Below, in pieces: positions 23,471-32,744 of a DNA stretch of 64,000 nucleotides (the stretch's first letter is position 1; the number at the start of each line of letters is the position of its first letter). The DNA is taken from contig CAWFDF010000011.1 in NCBI GenBank assembly GCA_963814585.1, positions 160,001-224,000 on the forward strand, in the 5' to 3' direction. This DNA is from an uncultured delta proteobacterium (GTDB taxonomy: Bacteria; Myxococcota; Myxococcia; Myxococcales; Anaeromyxobacteraceae). The notes under the pieces are model-generated. The model ran no database searches, was not told where the DNA came from, and worked only from the letters and a program-made list of their open reading frames with translations. A program made the translations under genes and the position numbers.

Positions 23471-23500
23471 TGGGCTCCGAGGAGGGAGCTCCGCGCTACA

Positions 23501-24556
23501 TCAACGGTGGCAGGCCGCGCACATCCCGTTCTTGGAGATGTCGGCCTGGGTCTTCTTCCAGCTGGCGGGGTGCGGGCTCACGCCGGCGAAGCCGCCGACC
23601 TGGTGGCACTGGACGCAGATCGACGCGGCGCCCTGGTCATGGCAGCCGGCGCAGGTGACGACGTTCCTGCGAGCGGCGTCGCCGTGGAAGTTGCCGCTGG
23701 TCTTGTCGGTGCCCCAGCCGGCGGGGTGCGGGTTGCGGGGCACGGTGGTCGAGGTGGGCGGCTGGATCAGGTTCTGCTGCTCGTGGCAGGTGGCGCAGAA
23801 GTTGCTGCCGTGGCACTTCCGGCAGGAGGCCGGGTTGGCCTCGGCGTCCACCATGTGGCGCGACTGGTAGTCGCCGCGGTGGATGAGGTCCCGCTTGACG
23901 TCCTCGGGGTAGACGAAGGAGGGCTTGCCGGGCACCGTGGTGGGGCTGTGGCAGTCCCCGCAGAAGGTCTGCTCGTGGCACGCCGCGCAGCTCTCGACGC
24001 CCCCGCGGGCCAGGCCGCCGTGGAGCTTGAGGAACTCGCCCTGGTGCTTGAAGGACTCGACCGGCTTCGGGTACCGCTTCAGGTCCTGGTGGCAGCCGAT
24101 GCACCTGGCGGCCGCGAAGTCCTGGGCGTGGTTGTGGCAGCTGGTGCAGGCGTTCATCGAGGGCGGGTCGTACCCGGTGGACTGCGCCTCGGGCAGCGAG
24201 ACGTGGCAGCGAGCGCAGGCGTTCTTCTCGCCCTTGAGGCGGGCCAGGTGGCTGGCGTGGTTGAAGTTGAGGCCGGCGTCGAGGGTCCGGGACGGGACCT
24301 GCAGCTTGGGCATGGCGTCGTGACAGCCGGAGCAGACCTCGCTCTTCTTCGGCAGCTGCACGTGGCGGACGCGGCTCTCCAGGGAGGTGGCCTTGGCGAT
24401 GGGGGCGTGGCACTCCAGGCAGTCGACCTCGCCCTCGACGTGCGGGCTGTGGGGCATGACGAAGGGCGGATCGCGCCGGGGCTCCGGCTTGGTCTCCTTG
24501 GCGGTGCACGCGGCCAGCAGCGCCGCCGTGACCACCAGACCCAGGTGGCGGTTCAT
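23501..24556 (-). CDS. Dodecaheme c-type cytochrome lipoprotein
   Basis: 12 CxxCH motifs counted; lipobox LLAAC; ATG overlaps the upstream TGA. Confidence 0.92.
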   Translation of the reverse strand: MNRHLGLVVTAALLAACTAKETKPEPRRDPPFVMPHSPHVEGEVDCLECHAPIAKATSLESRVRHVQLPKKSEVCSGCHDAMPKLQVPSRTLDAGLNFNHASHLARLKGEKNACARCHVSLPEAQSTGYDPPSMNACTSCHNHAQDFAAARCIGCHQDLKRYPKPVESFKHQGEFLKLHGGLARGGVESCAACHEQTFCGDCHSPTTVPGKPSFVYPEDVKRDLIHRGDYQSRHMVDAEANPASCRKCHGSNFCATCHEQQNLIQPPTSTTVPRNPHPAGWGTDKTSGNFHGDAARRNVVTCAGCHDQGAASICVQCHQVGGFAGVSPHPASWKKTQADISKNGMCAACHR

Positions 24557-25878
24557 CACTTCACCTCCCGCACGCGGTAGACGGAGTTGTAGACGAGCTT
24601 GATCATGCCGTCGACCTGCTTCTCGAAGTAGGGCGTGACCCCGGCCCGCCCCGCCGCCACCAGGCTCCAGGCCGTGGCCAGCCGGTAGCCGGCGGAGAGG
24701 GAGCCGATCAGCGAGTTCTTCTCCCCGTTGACCTCCTGCTCGAACATGTAGTCCGCCAGGTCCCCGGCGACGAAGAACCGGCCGAAGTCCTTGCGGCCGT
24801 AGGCGCGCAGGCCGGTGTAGCCGGACGGGCCGCTCTTCAGGTAGCTGACCTCGCCGCCGGCCACCGTGCCGTCGCGCGACCACTCGACGCGGGCCGCGGC
24901 CTCGCCGCCGAGGTCGGTCTCGTCCTCGATCTTGAGCGCGTGGTAGTCGAGGCTGGCGTGGAGGGCGCGGTTGAACTGGTAGCGCACGCCGCCGCCCATG
25001 GAGGTCCGGTTGGTGTCGGTGAAGACCGAGAGGATCGAGTTGCGCGCCAGGAAGAGGTCGGGCGAGGACTGGCGGACGTCGAGGTTGATGGTCAGCGCCC
25101 GCGTGGCGGAGATGAGCGCGGTGAGGTTGGCCTCGGCCAGCCGCTCGGCGTACAGGCTCCAGGTGGCGTTGCCGAGCAGCGAGAGCCTGTCGATGGGCTG
25201 GATGCGGAAGTCGACGCCGGCGTCCTGGCGGACCGGGTCGGAGTCATCCGTGACCGACACCATCGAGACGCCGAGGTCCAGGCCGCGCCCCGCCGTCCCG
25301 GTCAGCGCCAGCGTCCATCCGAGGCGGCCTCCCCAGGCCAGGTCGCCGCCGGCGGGGTTCCAGCTGGACGGCCCGCTGCGGGAGGAGAAGCGCTGCGAGA
25401 CCGGCACGCCGCCGTACACCGAGAGCGACAGCCCGGCCGGCAGCCGGATCTGGATGTCGCCGCCGTCGAGCTGGAGCATCCGGCCGGCGCCGGCGGCCAC
25501 GAACTCGCGGCCGACGCGGAGCTGCAGGCGGCCCTTCGCCAGCGTGCCGCGCACGTAGGCGGTGACGACGTCGCCGGAGTACTTGCCGGTGGTCCCGGAG
25601 TCCCAGCGCACCTCGCCGAGATCGGCCGCGCCCCAGCCCGAGAAGCTGATCTCGAGGTCCTGGAAGAGCGGGTTCCTCACCTCGCGGGCCGAGACCTGGA
25701 GGATCTCGTAGAGCGGGGCCACGGTCACGAGCTCCGGCTCCTGGCCGGCCGGCGCTCCGCGCAGCTGCTGGCCCGCGGAGAGCACCGTGGTGGAGGTGGC
25801 CTCGATCACGTCCGCCCGGGCCGCGAGCGAGGTGGCCAGGAGGAGTGCGGAGGCGGCAAGGCGTACGGAGGTGCGCAT
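24556..25878 (-). CDS. Putative outer-membrane beta-barrel (porin) partner of the cytochrome
   Basis: Signal peptide; alternating amphipathic beta-strand pattern rich in G/Y/W; translationally coupled to the multiheme cytochrome. Confidence 0.7.
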   Translation of the reverse strand: MRTSVRLAASALLLATSLAARADVIEATSTTVLSAGQQLRGAPAGQEPELVTVAPLYEILQVSAREVRNPLFQDLEISFSGWGAADLGEVRWDSGTTGKYSGDVVTAYVRGTLAKGRLQLRVGREFVAAGAGRMLQLDGGDIQIRLPAGLSLSVYGGVPVSQRFSSRSGPSSWNPAGGDLAWGGRLGWTLALTGTAGRGLDLGVSMVSVTDDSDPVRQDAGVDFRIQPIDRLSLLGNATWSLYAERLAEANLTALISATRALTINLDVRQSSPDLFLARNSILSVFTDTNRTSMGGGVRYQFNRALHASLDYHALKIEDETDLGGEAAARVEWSRDGTVAGGEVSYLKSGPSGYTGLRAYGRKDFGRFFVAGDLADYMFEQEVNGEKNSLIGSLSAGYRLATAWSLVAAGRAGVTPYFEKQVDGMIKLVYNSVYRVREVK

Positions 25879-25979
25879 CGGGACCTCGACAGCTCGTAGG
25901 TGCATGTAGAGCCTACCCCGGCAGAGGGGTTCGGCCGGGTGACCCGCGGAACCATGACACAGGGGCAGGGCGAGCGGAC

Positions 25980-25993
25980 TTGATCAAGATCAG
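25980..25993. promoter_or_regulatory. FNR/CRP-family box-like site
   Basis: TTGATCAAGATCAG, a 9/10 match to TTGAT-N4-ATCAA, in an AT-rich patch between divergent genes. Confidence 0.55.
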
Positions 25994-26020
25994 TTGATCG
26001 ACAAAAGGACCATTTAGGCC

Positions 26021-26554
26021 ATGATGTTGGGAATGCGATCGATGGCCGGTGGCGCCTGCGCCGTGCTCCTCCTGGCCTCAGCGGCGTGCGCTGCGTTCAG
26101 GCCCCAGCCGGGCAATCCGCCCGCCCTGGGAGGGCCGGTCGACGTGACCGCGCCGGACCTGGAGGGCCAGGAGCACCGGGTCGCGGACCGGGTGGGCCAG
26201 GTCCGGATCGTCGACTTCTGGGCCTCCTGGTGCGAGCCCTGCCTGGAGCAGCTCCAGGTCCTCCAGGCGCTGGCCCGGGCCCATCAGGCCGACGGTCTCG
26301 CCGTCTACGCGGTGTCGGTGGACGAGGACCAGGCCCAGGTGGCGGCGTTCCTGGAGTCGACACCGCTCCCCTTCCCGGTCCTCTGGGACCAGGGCGGAGC
26401 GCGGCACGGAGCGCGGATCGGCATCGAGCGGCTCCCCACCACCCTGGTGGTGGATCGGGCTGGCCGGGTCCGCTTCGTCCACCAGGGCCACCGGACGGGA
26501 GACGCCGAGCGGCTCGACCGCGAGGTCCGGCTGCTGCTCACGGAACCACCGTGA
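26021..26554 (+). CDS. TlpA/ResA-family thiol-disulfide oxidoreductase
   Basis: N-terminal signal; DFWASWCEPC; LPTTLVVD cis-Pro motif. Confidence 0.88.
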   Translation: MMLGMRSMAGGACAVLLLASAACAAFRPQPGNPPALGGPVDVTAPDLEGQEHRVADRVGQVRIVDFWASWCEPCLEQLQVLQALARAHQADGLAVYAVSVDEDQAQVAAFLESTPLPFPVLWDQGGARHGARIGIERLPTTLVVDRAGRVRFVHQGHRTGDAERLDREVRLLLTEPP

Positions 26555-28280
26555 AGGAGGTGTGCTCCCGGACCAGCTCCACCTCGCCGGCGCCGGCCGG
26601 GGACTCGCGCAGCCAGTAGACCATCTCGTCCGCCTCCCACTCGTAGGGGGAGTCGCCGAGGAGGACCTTGCCGTCGGCGACCAGCTGGGTGGCCCGCGCC
26701 AGCGGGTAGCCGGCCAGGTCGCGCACCAGCGCCTCGAAGCGCCCCTGGCGCTCCGGCTGGACGAAGGCGAAGTCCTTGCGAGCCGAGTAGGCGACGTGGA
26801 AGTTCGACGGGCGGAAGGCCACGCCCCCCAGCCCGAGCCGGACGGCCATCCGCGCCAGCATGGTGCCGGCCTCCTGCGCCAGGCCCAGCCCCGGCACCTC
26901 CTGGCCCGGCAACCGGGGGCGCCGCTCGCTGAAGTGGGCCCGCGGGTGGCGCAGCGAGAGCCAGTGGATGAAGAGGACCGGCACGCCGAGGCAGCGCCGC
27001 TTCTCCAGGATCAGCTCGAGGAGCAGCTGCTCGCCGACCAGGTCGTCGGCGGTGGCGAACAGCCGGACCCGCTCGCCGGCCCCCTCGCGGTCGAAGGTGA
27101 CGCGGAAGTTCCGGTAGCCGAGCCGCGCCAGGTGCAGGAAGATCCCGTAGCGGTGGAGCGCCACCTCCATCCCCTGCGCCGTGTAGTAGCCGAGCAGCAG
27201 CCGCTGCCTCGCCGGCCGCAGCCCGAGCGACTCCTCGACGTCCTGCATGGAGAGCTCGCCGCCGTCGCCCAGCTCCGCCTGGCTCAGCTCCGCCGAGATG
27301 CCGCTGAAGCGGGTGGCCAGCGGAGAGTAGTCCTCGGGGATGGGCCGCGCCGACCGGGTGGCCACCGCCATGCCGGTGCCGGCCAGTACCCGCCAGGAGC
27401 GGCTGGAGTAGCCGCCGCCGGGGAGCCAGACCTGGGGGACGCCGTCGAGCCACCAGGCCACGGCGAGATCGCGCCGGCGCGCGCCGTGCATCGTGAGCCC
27501 GAGCCGGCCCAGCTTGTCGCCGGCCAGCACGTCGCCGCCGGCGATGACGTAGGCGAGGTCGGGACGGGGGGCGCGCTGCAACAGCCGGTGCAGGGCCGCC
27601 AGGTAGGGCTCGTCGCCGGTCCCCTCCGGCAGCACCGTCTCGTCCACGCCGGGGAGCGGCCCCCAGTCGGATCCGGAGAGGGAGCCCATGAAGGTGCGGG
27701 GGTCGTCCTTCAGGCAGGCCGAGAGGCCGTCGGGAGGGTGGGCGTCGAGGTCGAGGACCACCACGCGCCCGGTGAAGCCGCGGTCGCGCACCGCGGCGAT
27801 GGCCACGGCGATGTCGTTGACCGGGCAGAAGCCGCCGGCCACGCTGGGGCCGGCGTGGTGGAAGCCGCCCAGCAGGTTGATGGCCGGCTCGAGGGTCCGC
27901 AGCGTCTCACGGGTGGCGTCCAGCGTGCCGCCGCAGGCCAGCCGGATGGTGTCCATCAGCTCGTCGGCGCGGAGGTCGGAGGGATCGGCGCCGAAGACGT
28001 TGGCCAGCCCCTCGGGGCGGCCGAGCGACTCCAGCAGCTCGGGGGCGTGGACCCTCGAGAGCCGGTGGACGGCGATGCGGGTGGGGGCCCGGACCCGCCG
28101 CGCCGAGATGGCGCCGCAGCCGGTGAGCCACCAGGCGGCGTAGTCGGCGCGCCGCGGCTCGATGCCGATGGCCGACTCCAGCCCGCCGAGCGGCAGACGG
28201 TAGCGCGGGTCGTGCCAGAGCGTCGCCGGCCTCCGCACCAGGAGGCCGGTCAACCTCCTGACCACGGAGCCGAGGATCAT
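26538..28280 (-). CDS. Zn-dependent histone-deacetylase-family protein with C-terminal extra domain
   Basis: GGFHHA, GGFC, DLDAH, AGGD..GDKLG, GGGY; about 250-aa C-terminal extension. Confidence 0.85.
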   Translation of the reverse strand: MILGSVVRRLTGLLVRRPATLWHDPRYRLPLGGLESAIGIEPRRADYAAWWLTGCGAISARRVRAPTRIAVHRLSRVHAPELLESLGRPEGLANVFGADPSDLRADELMDTIRLACGGTLDATRETLRTLEPAINLLGGFHHAGPSVAGGFCPVNDIAVAIAAVRDRGFTGRVVVLDLDAHPPDGLSACLKDDPRTFMGSLSGSDWGPLPGVDETVLPEGTGDEPYLAALHRLLQRAPRPDLAYVIAGGDVLAGDKLGRLGLTMHGARRRDLAVAWWLDGVPQVWLPGGGYSSRSWRVLAGTGMAVATRSARPIPEDYSPLATRFSGISAELSQAELGDGGELSMQDVEESLGLRPARQRLLLGYYTAQGMEVALHRYGIFLHLARLGYRNFRVTFDREGAGERVRLFATADDLVGEQLLLELILEKRRCLGVPVLFIHWLSLRHPRAHFSERRPRLPGQEVPGLGLAQEAGTMLARMAVRLGLGGVAFRPSNFHVAYSARKDFAFVQPERQGRFEALVRDLAGYPLARATQLVADGKVLLGDSPYEWEADEMVYWLRESPAGAGEVELVREHTSFTVVP

Positions 28281-28558
28281 GGCGCCGGCGGCGCGTTCAC
28301 CGGCGCGGCGGCCACGGCCCGGCGGCGGGCGCGGGCGTCGAGCCAGACGCGCACCCAGGCCAGCACCACCTCGAGGGCGATCCAGCCGATGGCCAGCCAG
28401 GCGGCGATGAAGATCTTGGCGACGATCGGCACCGCCACCGTGGTGCCCTCGCGGGTGGCCGTCCCGCTCCAGAGCAGCCCGAGCGGCGAGACCACCAGCG
28501 TGTAGCCGACGATGAAGGCGAGGTAGGCGCTCCGCAGCAAGGCCATGACGAGGTTCAT
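28277..28558 (-). CDS. Small two-TM membrane protein
   Basis: 93 aa with two hydrophobic segments; stop overlaps the HDAC ATG. Confidence 0.65.
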   Translation of the reverse strand: MNLVMALLRSAYLAFIVGYTLVVSPLGLLWSGTATREGTTVAVPIVAKIFIAAWLAIGWIALEVVLAWVRVWLDARARRRAVAAAPVNAPPAP

Positions 28559-28654
28559 GGCCGGAAGTCTACCGGAACCGCGCCCGGGCCGCGTCCACCT
28601 GCCGGGGTGCCGCGAGGCCGCCGCCGTGACCAGGCGCCCGGGCTCCGCGGCGCG

Positions 28655-29284
28655 TCAGCCACCGAAGACCAGGTCCTGGGTCCGGCGCCAGGCGGGCCGG
28701 GCCAGCGTCCGCTCCAGCCAGGCGCGCAGCGCCGGCCAGGGGGCGAGGTCGAGGCCGCCCTCCACGATCAGCCACAGGTGCGGGGCGTGGGCGACGTCGG
28801 CCAGGGAGAAGGTCCCCTCCAGCCAGTCGCGCCCGGTGAGCGCCTGGTCGAGCACCGGCAGCCACCGGGCCAGCTCCTTCCGCGCCGCCTCGGCCGCGCG
28901 GGGATCGTCGCCGGTCCTCCAGAAGGCCTGGACCTGGCGGTTGGTGGCGCGGAAGAGCGGGACGCAGGCGGGTGACACATGGGCGGCCTGGAAGAAGAGC
29001 CAGCGCTGCACCGCGGCCCGGCCCTCGATGGTGGAGGGGAGCAGGCCGGCCGCCGGGTGCTTCTCGGCCACGTACCAGTTGATGGCGTTCGACTCCCAGA
29101 GGCCGAACGTCCCGTCGACCAGCGCCGGGATCTTCCCCATGGGGTTCACGGCCAGGTAGTCGCTGGCGCGGTTCTCGCCGGCGCTCGTGTCGATGAGGCG
29201 CGGGGTGAAGGGAGCGCCCGACTCGAGCAGCCCGAAGACCGACCGCGCCGAGTTGCCGGAGACCCGTCCGTAGTAGAGGTCCAT
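28655..29284 (-). CDS. Glutathione S-transferase
   Basis: NPMGKIPAL, WESNAI, FSLADV. Confidence 0.9.
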   Translation of the reverse strand: MDLYYGRVSGNSARSVFGLLESGAPFTPRLIDTSAGENRASDYLAVNPMGKIPALVDGTFGLWESNAINWYVAEKHPAAGLLPSTIEGRAAVQRWLFFQAAHVSPACVPLFRATNRQVQAFWRTGDDPRAAEAARKELARWLPVLDQALTGRDWLEGTFSLADVAHAPHLWLIVEGGLDLAPWPALRAWLERTLARPAWRRTQDLVFGG

Positions 29285-29450
29285 GCGGGCCAGCGTAGCT
29301 CATCCGCCGGCGGCGGGCGCGGCGTCACCGGCCGCCAGCGCCGCGCGGTCCTGGCGCCGCCGGGCCCCTCCACCGCGACCCAGCGCCCGAAGGCCACCTC
29401 GCCGCCGGGTGAGGACCCGGGGTGAGCACCGGCCAGGTGGCCCGCGCCCC

Positions 29451-29467
29451 TGCCCGCATTCCGGGCG
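29451..29467. promoter_or_regulatory. Enhancer-like palindrome upstream of amtB
   Basis: TGCCCGCATTCCGGGCG, about 95 bp upstream of the sigma54 -24 box. Confidence 0.55.
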
Positions 29468-29551
29468 GCCTGCTGCACGCCACGCGAGCCTGGAGCCGTC
29501 GCGGAGGCGCCCCCCGTCCGGCGATGCCGGCATTCGCGGGTATCGCCAGGC

Positions 29552-29567
29552 TGGCACGCCTCTTGGA
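29552..29567 (+). promoter_or_regulatory. Sigma54 promoter of amtB
   Basis: TGGCACGCCTCTTGGA: perfect -24 element, -12 element TTGG instead of TTGC. Confidence 0.7.
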
Positions 29568-29637
29568 AAGGACCTGCTCGAGGCGCCGGCGTCCAGCTGG
29601 AGCTCTCTCGAACCCGACCTCCGGAGGATTCACCACC

Positions 29638-30963
29638 ATGCGACGCTGGAAGAGCACGCTCGCCGCCGCTGCAGCCCTGGCCCTGGCCATCCCAGTCCTT
29701 GCCCTCGCCGAGGAGGCCGGCCCGACCATCCAGGCGGTCCAGAAGAACCTCGACTTCGTCTGGACGCTGGTGGCGGCCTTCCTCGTCTTCCTCATGCAGG
29801 CCGGGTTCGCCATGGTCGAGACCGGCCTGACCCGGGCCAAGAACGCCTGCAACATCATGATGAAGAACCTCATGGACTTCGCGGTCGGCTCGCTCGCCTA
29901 CTGGGCGGTCGGCTTCGGGCTGATGTACGGCGTCACCAGCAACGGCTGGTTCGGAACCGGGGACTTCTTCGTCGGCGGCGCCGGCGCCGAGCCGTGGACC
30001 CTGGCCTTCTGGATGTTCCAGGTGGTCTTCGCCGCCACGGCGGCCACCATCATCTCCGGCGCGGTCGCGGAGCGGACCAAGTTCTCCGCGTACATCGTCT
30101 ACTCGGTGGTGGTCTCCCTGGTCATCTACCCGATCTTCGGGAAGTGGGCCTGGGGCGGGCTGTTCCACGGCGACGCCGGCAAGGGCTGGCTCGAGCTGAT
30201 GGGCTTCATCGACTTCGCCGGGTCGACGGTGGTGCACTCCATCGGCGGGTGGCTCGCGCTGGCCGGGGCCATCGTGGTCGGCCCGCGCATCGGCAAGTAC
30301 ACGTCCGATGGCCGGGTGCGCCCCATCCCCGGTCACTCCTTGACGCTGGCCTCGCTCGGCGTGTTCCTCCTCTGGTTCGGCTGGTACGGCTTCAACCCCG
30401 GATCCACCACCACCGGCACGCCCAACATCGCCGCCATCGCGGTCATCACCACCCTCTCCGGCTCCGCCGGGGCCACCAGCGCCATGCTCTTCACCTGGCT
30501 CAAGTACAAGAAGCCGGACATCGGCATGACGCTCAACGGGGCGCTGGCCGGCCTGGTCGCCATCACCGCCGGGTGCGCCAACGTCTCGGCCGCCTCGGCC
30601 GTGGTCATCGGCCTCATCGCCGGCGTGCTGGTGGTCCTGTCGGTCCTCTTCTTCGACAAGATCAAGGTCGACGACCCGGTCGGCGCCGTCTCGGTCCATG
30701 GCGTCAACGGCGCCTTCGGCACCCTGGCGGCCGGGATCTTCAACGCCTCGGGGTTCTCCTGGAGCCAGGTCGGCGTCCAGGCCCTGGGCGTGGGCGCGGC
30801 GTTCGCCTGGGCCTTCGGGACGGGCCTGGTGCTCTTCAAGGGCATCGACCTGGTGATCGGGATGCGGGTCACCGCCGAGGAAGAGGTGAACGGACTCGAC
30901 CTCGCCGAGCACGGAGCCACGGCCTACCCCGACTTCCAGTCGGCGCACCACGACATCGCCTAG
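29638..30963 (+). CDS. amtB: Ammonium transporter
   Basis: FLMQAGF, SGAVAER, DFAGSTVVH, WFGWYGFN, NGALAGLVAIT, DDPVGAVSVH; GGAGG SD. Confidence 0.95.
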   Translation: MRRWKSTLAAAAALALAIPVLALAEEAGPTIQAVQKNLDFVWTLVAAFLVFLMQAGFAMVETGLTRAKNACNIMMKNLMDFAVGSLAYWAVGFGLMYGVTSNGWFGTGDFFVGGAGAEPWTLAFWMFQVVFAATAATIISGAVAERTKFSAYIVYSVVVSLVIYPIFGKWAWGGLFHGDAGKGWLELMGFIDFAGSTVVHSIGGWLALAGAIVVGPRIGKYTSDGRVRPIPGHSLTLASLGVFLLWFGWYGFNPGSTTTGTPNIAAIAVITTLSGSAGATSAMLFTWLKYKKPDIGMTLNGALAGLVAITAGCANVSAASAVVIGLIAGVLVVLSVLFFDKIKVDDPVGAVSVHGVNGAFGTLAAGIFNASGFSWSQVGVQALGVGAAFAWAFGTGLVLFKGIDLVIGMRVTAEEEVNGLDLAEHGATAYPDFQSAHHDIA

Positions 30964-31123
30964 CCGCGCGGCTTGCGGCGCTGGCGGGCCCTCGGACGTG
31001 CCCGGGAACCTGTCCCGGCGGCCGCTGGCGAGGTGGGAGGTCCTTGCGGCGCCCTCGGTTCACGGGGGCGCCGCCTTCCTCGTGGCGGTGGCCTTGGGGA
31101 CGGCAACGGCGCACAATCCGCCC

Positions 31124-31924
31124 ATGACGACCCCGGCCGACCTCGCCGCCACGTGCGCCGACGCCGCCCGCCGGGGTGGCGCCGTGCTCCGCGAGCGGTG
31201 GGGCCGGGCCCGGACCATCGACAAGAAGGGGATCATCGACCTGGTCACCGACGCCGACCGGGCCAGCGAGGCGGCGGTGCTCGGGCTGCTGTCCGAGCGC
31301 CACCCCGGTGCGGCGGTGCTGGCCGAGGAGTCGGGGCGCTCCGGCAGCGGGGCGCTCCGCTTCATCGTCGATCCGCTCGACGGCACCACCAACTACGCCC
31401 ACGGGCTGCCCCACTTCGCGGTGACGGTGGCGGCCGAGGACGAGCGCGGGCTGGCGGCCGGAGCCACCTACGACCCGCTGCGCGACGAGCTCTTCCTCGC
31501 CACCCGCGGCGGCGGGGCCACCCTGGGCGGAGCGCCCATCGGCCACTCCGGCCGCGGCACCCTCGTCGACGCGCTGCTGGTGACCGGCTTCCCCTACGAC
31601 ATCCACGTCGATCACCGGCGGGCGCTCGACCTCTTCGAGGCCTTCGTGACCCGCGCTCGCGGCGTGCGCCGGCTCGGCTCGGCGGCGCTCGACCTGGCCT
31701 GGGTGGCCTGCGGCCGCTTCGACGGCTTCTGGGAGGCGAAGCTGAAGCCGTGGGACCTGGCGGCCGGCGTCCTCCTGGTCCGCGAGGCCGGGGCGGTGGC
31801 GAGCGATCTCGAGGGCGGCGGTCGGATCCTCGAGACCGGCGGGGTCATCGCGGCGGCGCCGCGCCTCCATCCGCTGATGGCGGAGGTGGTGCGGGCGGTG
31901 CCGGGGGCTCCGGCGGAGGGCTGA
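31124..31924 (+). CDS. suhB: Inositol monophosphatase family protein (SuhB-like)
   Basis: DLVTDAD, AEES, DPLDGTTNY, GSAALD, WDLAAG. Confidence 0.88.
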   Translation: MTTPADLAATCADAARRGGAVLRERWGRARTIDKKGIIDLVTDADRASEAAVLGLLSERHPGAAVLAEESGRSGSGALRFIVDPLDGTTNYAHGLPHFAVTVAAEDERGLAAGATYDPLRDELFLATRGGGATLGGAPIGHSGRGTLVDALLVTGFPYDIHVDHRRALDLFEAFVTRARGVRRLGSAALDLAWVACGRFDGFWEAKLKPWDLAAGVLLVREAGAVASDLEGGGRILETGGVIAAAPRLHPLMAEVVRAVPGAPAEG

Positions 31925-32744
31925 TCTCGCCGGCCGCGAGGTCCAGCCGCGCCGCCGAGCGCGGATCGACCCAGAGCCCGTCCACCTTGACGCCCCAGTG
32001 GAGGTGCGGGCCGGTGGAACGGCCGGTGGAGCCGACGCGTCCGATCAGCTGGCCGCGCCGGACGGAGGCGCCGGCCTTCACCTCCAGGCGCGAGAGGTGG
32101 AAGTAGGCGGTGAAGACGCCGGCGCCGTGCCAGAGCAGCACCGTGTTCCCCGACATGTAGCAGTCGCGGGCCAGCACCACCTCGCCGTCGCCGGCGGCGC
32201 CCACCGGGTCGCCCGTGGCGCCGGGCAGGTCCAGACCGTAGTGAACCCCCTCGGCCTTGCCGTTGTAGACGCGCTGGTCGCCGAAGCGGCTGGAGGGCTC
32301 CACGTCGAGGGGGACGGTGAATGGCCCGATGAGGAGCGGGGGGCCGAAGGGCCGGTCGTAGGCCTTCCGGAGCGCCGCCTGGTCGAGCGCCATGCGGCGC
32401 CTCGCCTCGGCCGGCGGCTCGATGAACCGGGGCGGGACCGAGAGCGTGGTGGAGGCGAACCCCGGTGGCACCAGCTCGAGCGGCGGGGCGAAGGGGAGCC
32501 CGTCGGCCATCACCTCCACGGTGGCCGGGCCGGGCACGGCCTCGGTGGGGAGGGGCGCCACCGCCAGCCAGCGCCGCTCCCCGGCAGGCCAGAAGCGCAA
32601 GGGGCGGCCAGCCAGCGTCCCCGAGGGGAGGGTGGCGGCGTCGCGCACCGAGACCAGCACGGCGTCGCCAGGCCGGGCGCGCTCCGGCGCCACCACCGCG
32701 GAGGGGGCCGCCAGCAGGAGGGCGAGCAGCAGGGCTCCGGTCAG
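31845..32744 (-). CDS. M23 family metallopeptidase
   Basis: HYGLD, YFHLS, GRSTGPHLHW; signal-like LLLALLLAA; start uncertain (CTG at 32744 proposed). Confidence 0.85.
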   Translation of the reverse strand: MTGALLLALLLAAPSAVVAPERARPGDAVLVSVRDAATLPSGTLAGRPLRFWPAGERRWLAVAPLPTEAVPGPATVEVMADGLPFAPPLELVPPGFASTTLSVPPRFIEPPAEARRRMALDQAALRKAYDRPFGPPLLIGPFTVPLDVEPSSRFGDQRVYNGKAEGVHYGLDLPGATGDPVGAAGDGEVVLARDCYMSGNTVLLWHGAGVFTAYFHLSRLEVKAGASVRRGQLIGRVGSTGRSTGPHLHWGVKVDGLWVDPRSAARLDLAAGEISPPPEPPAPPAPPPPSADGGAAPPR

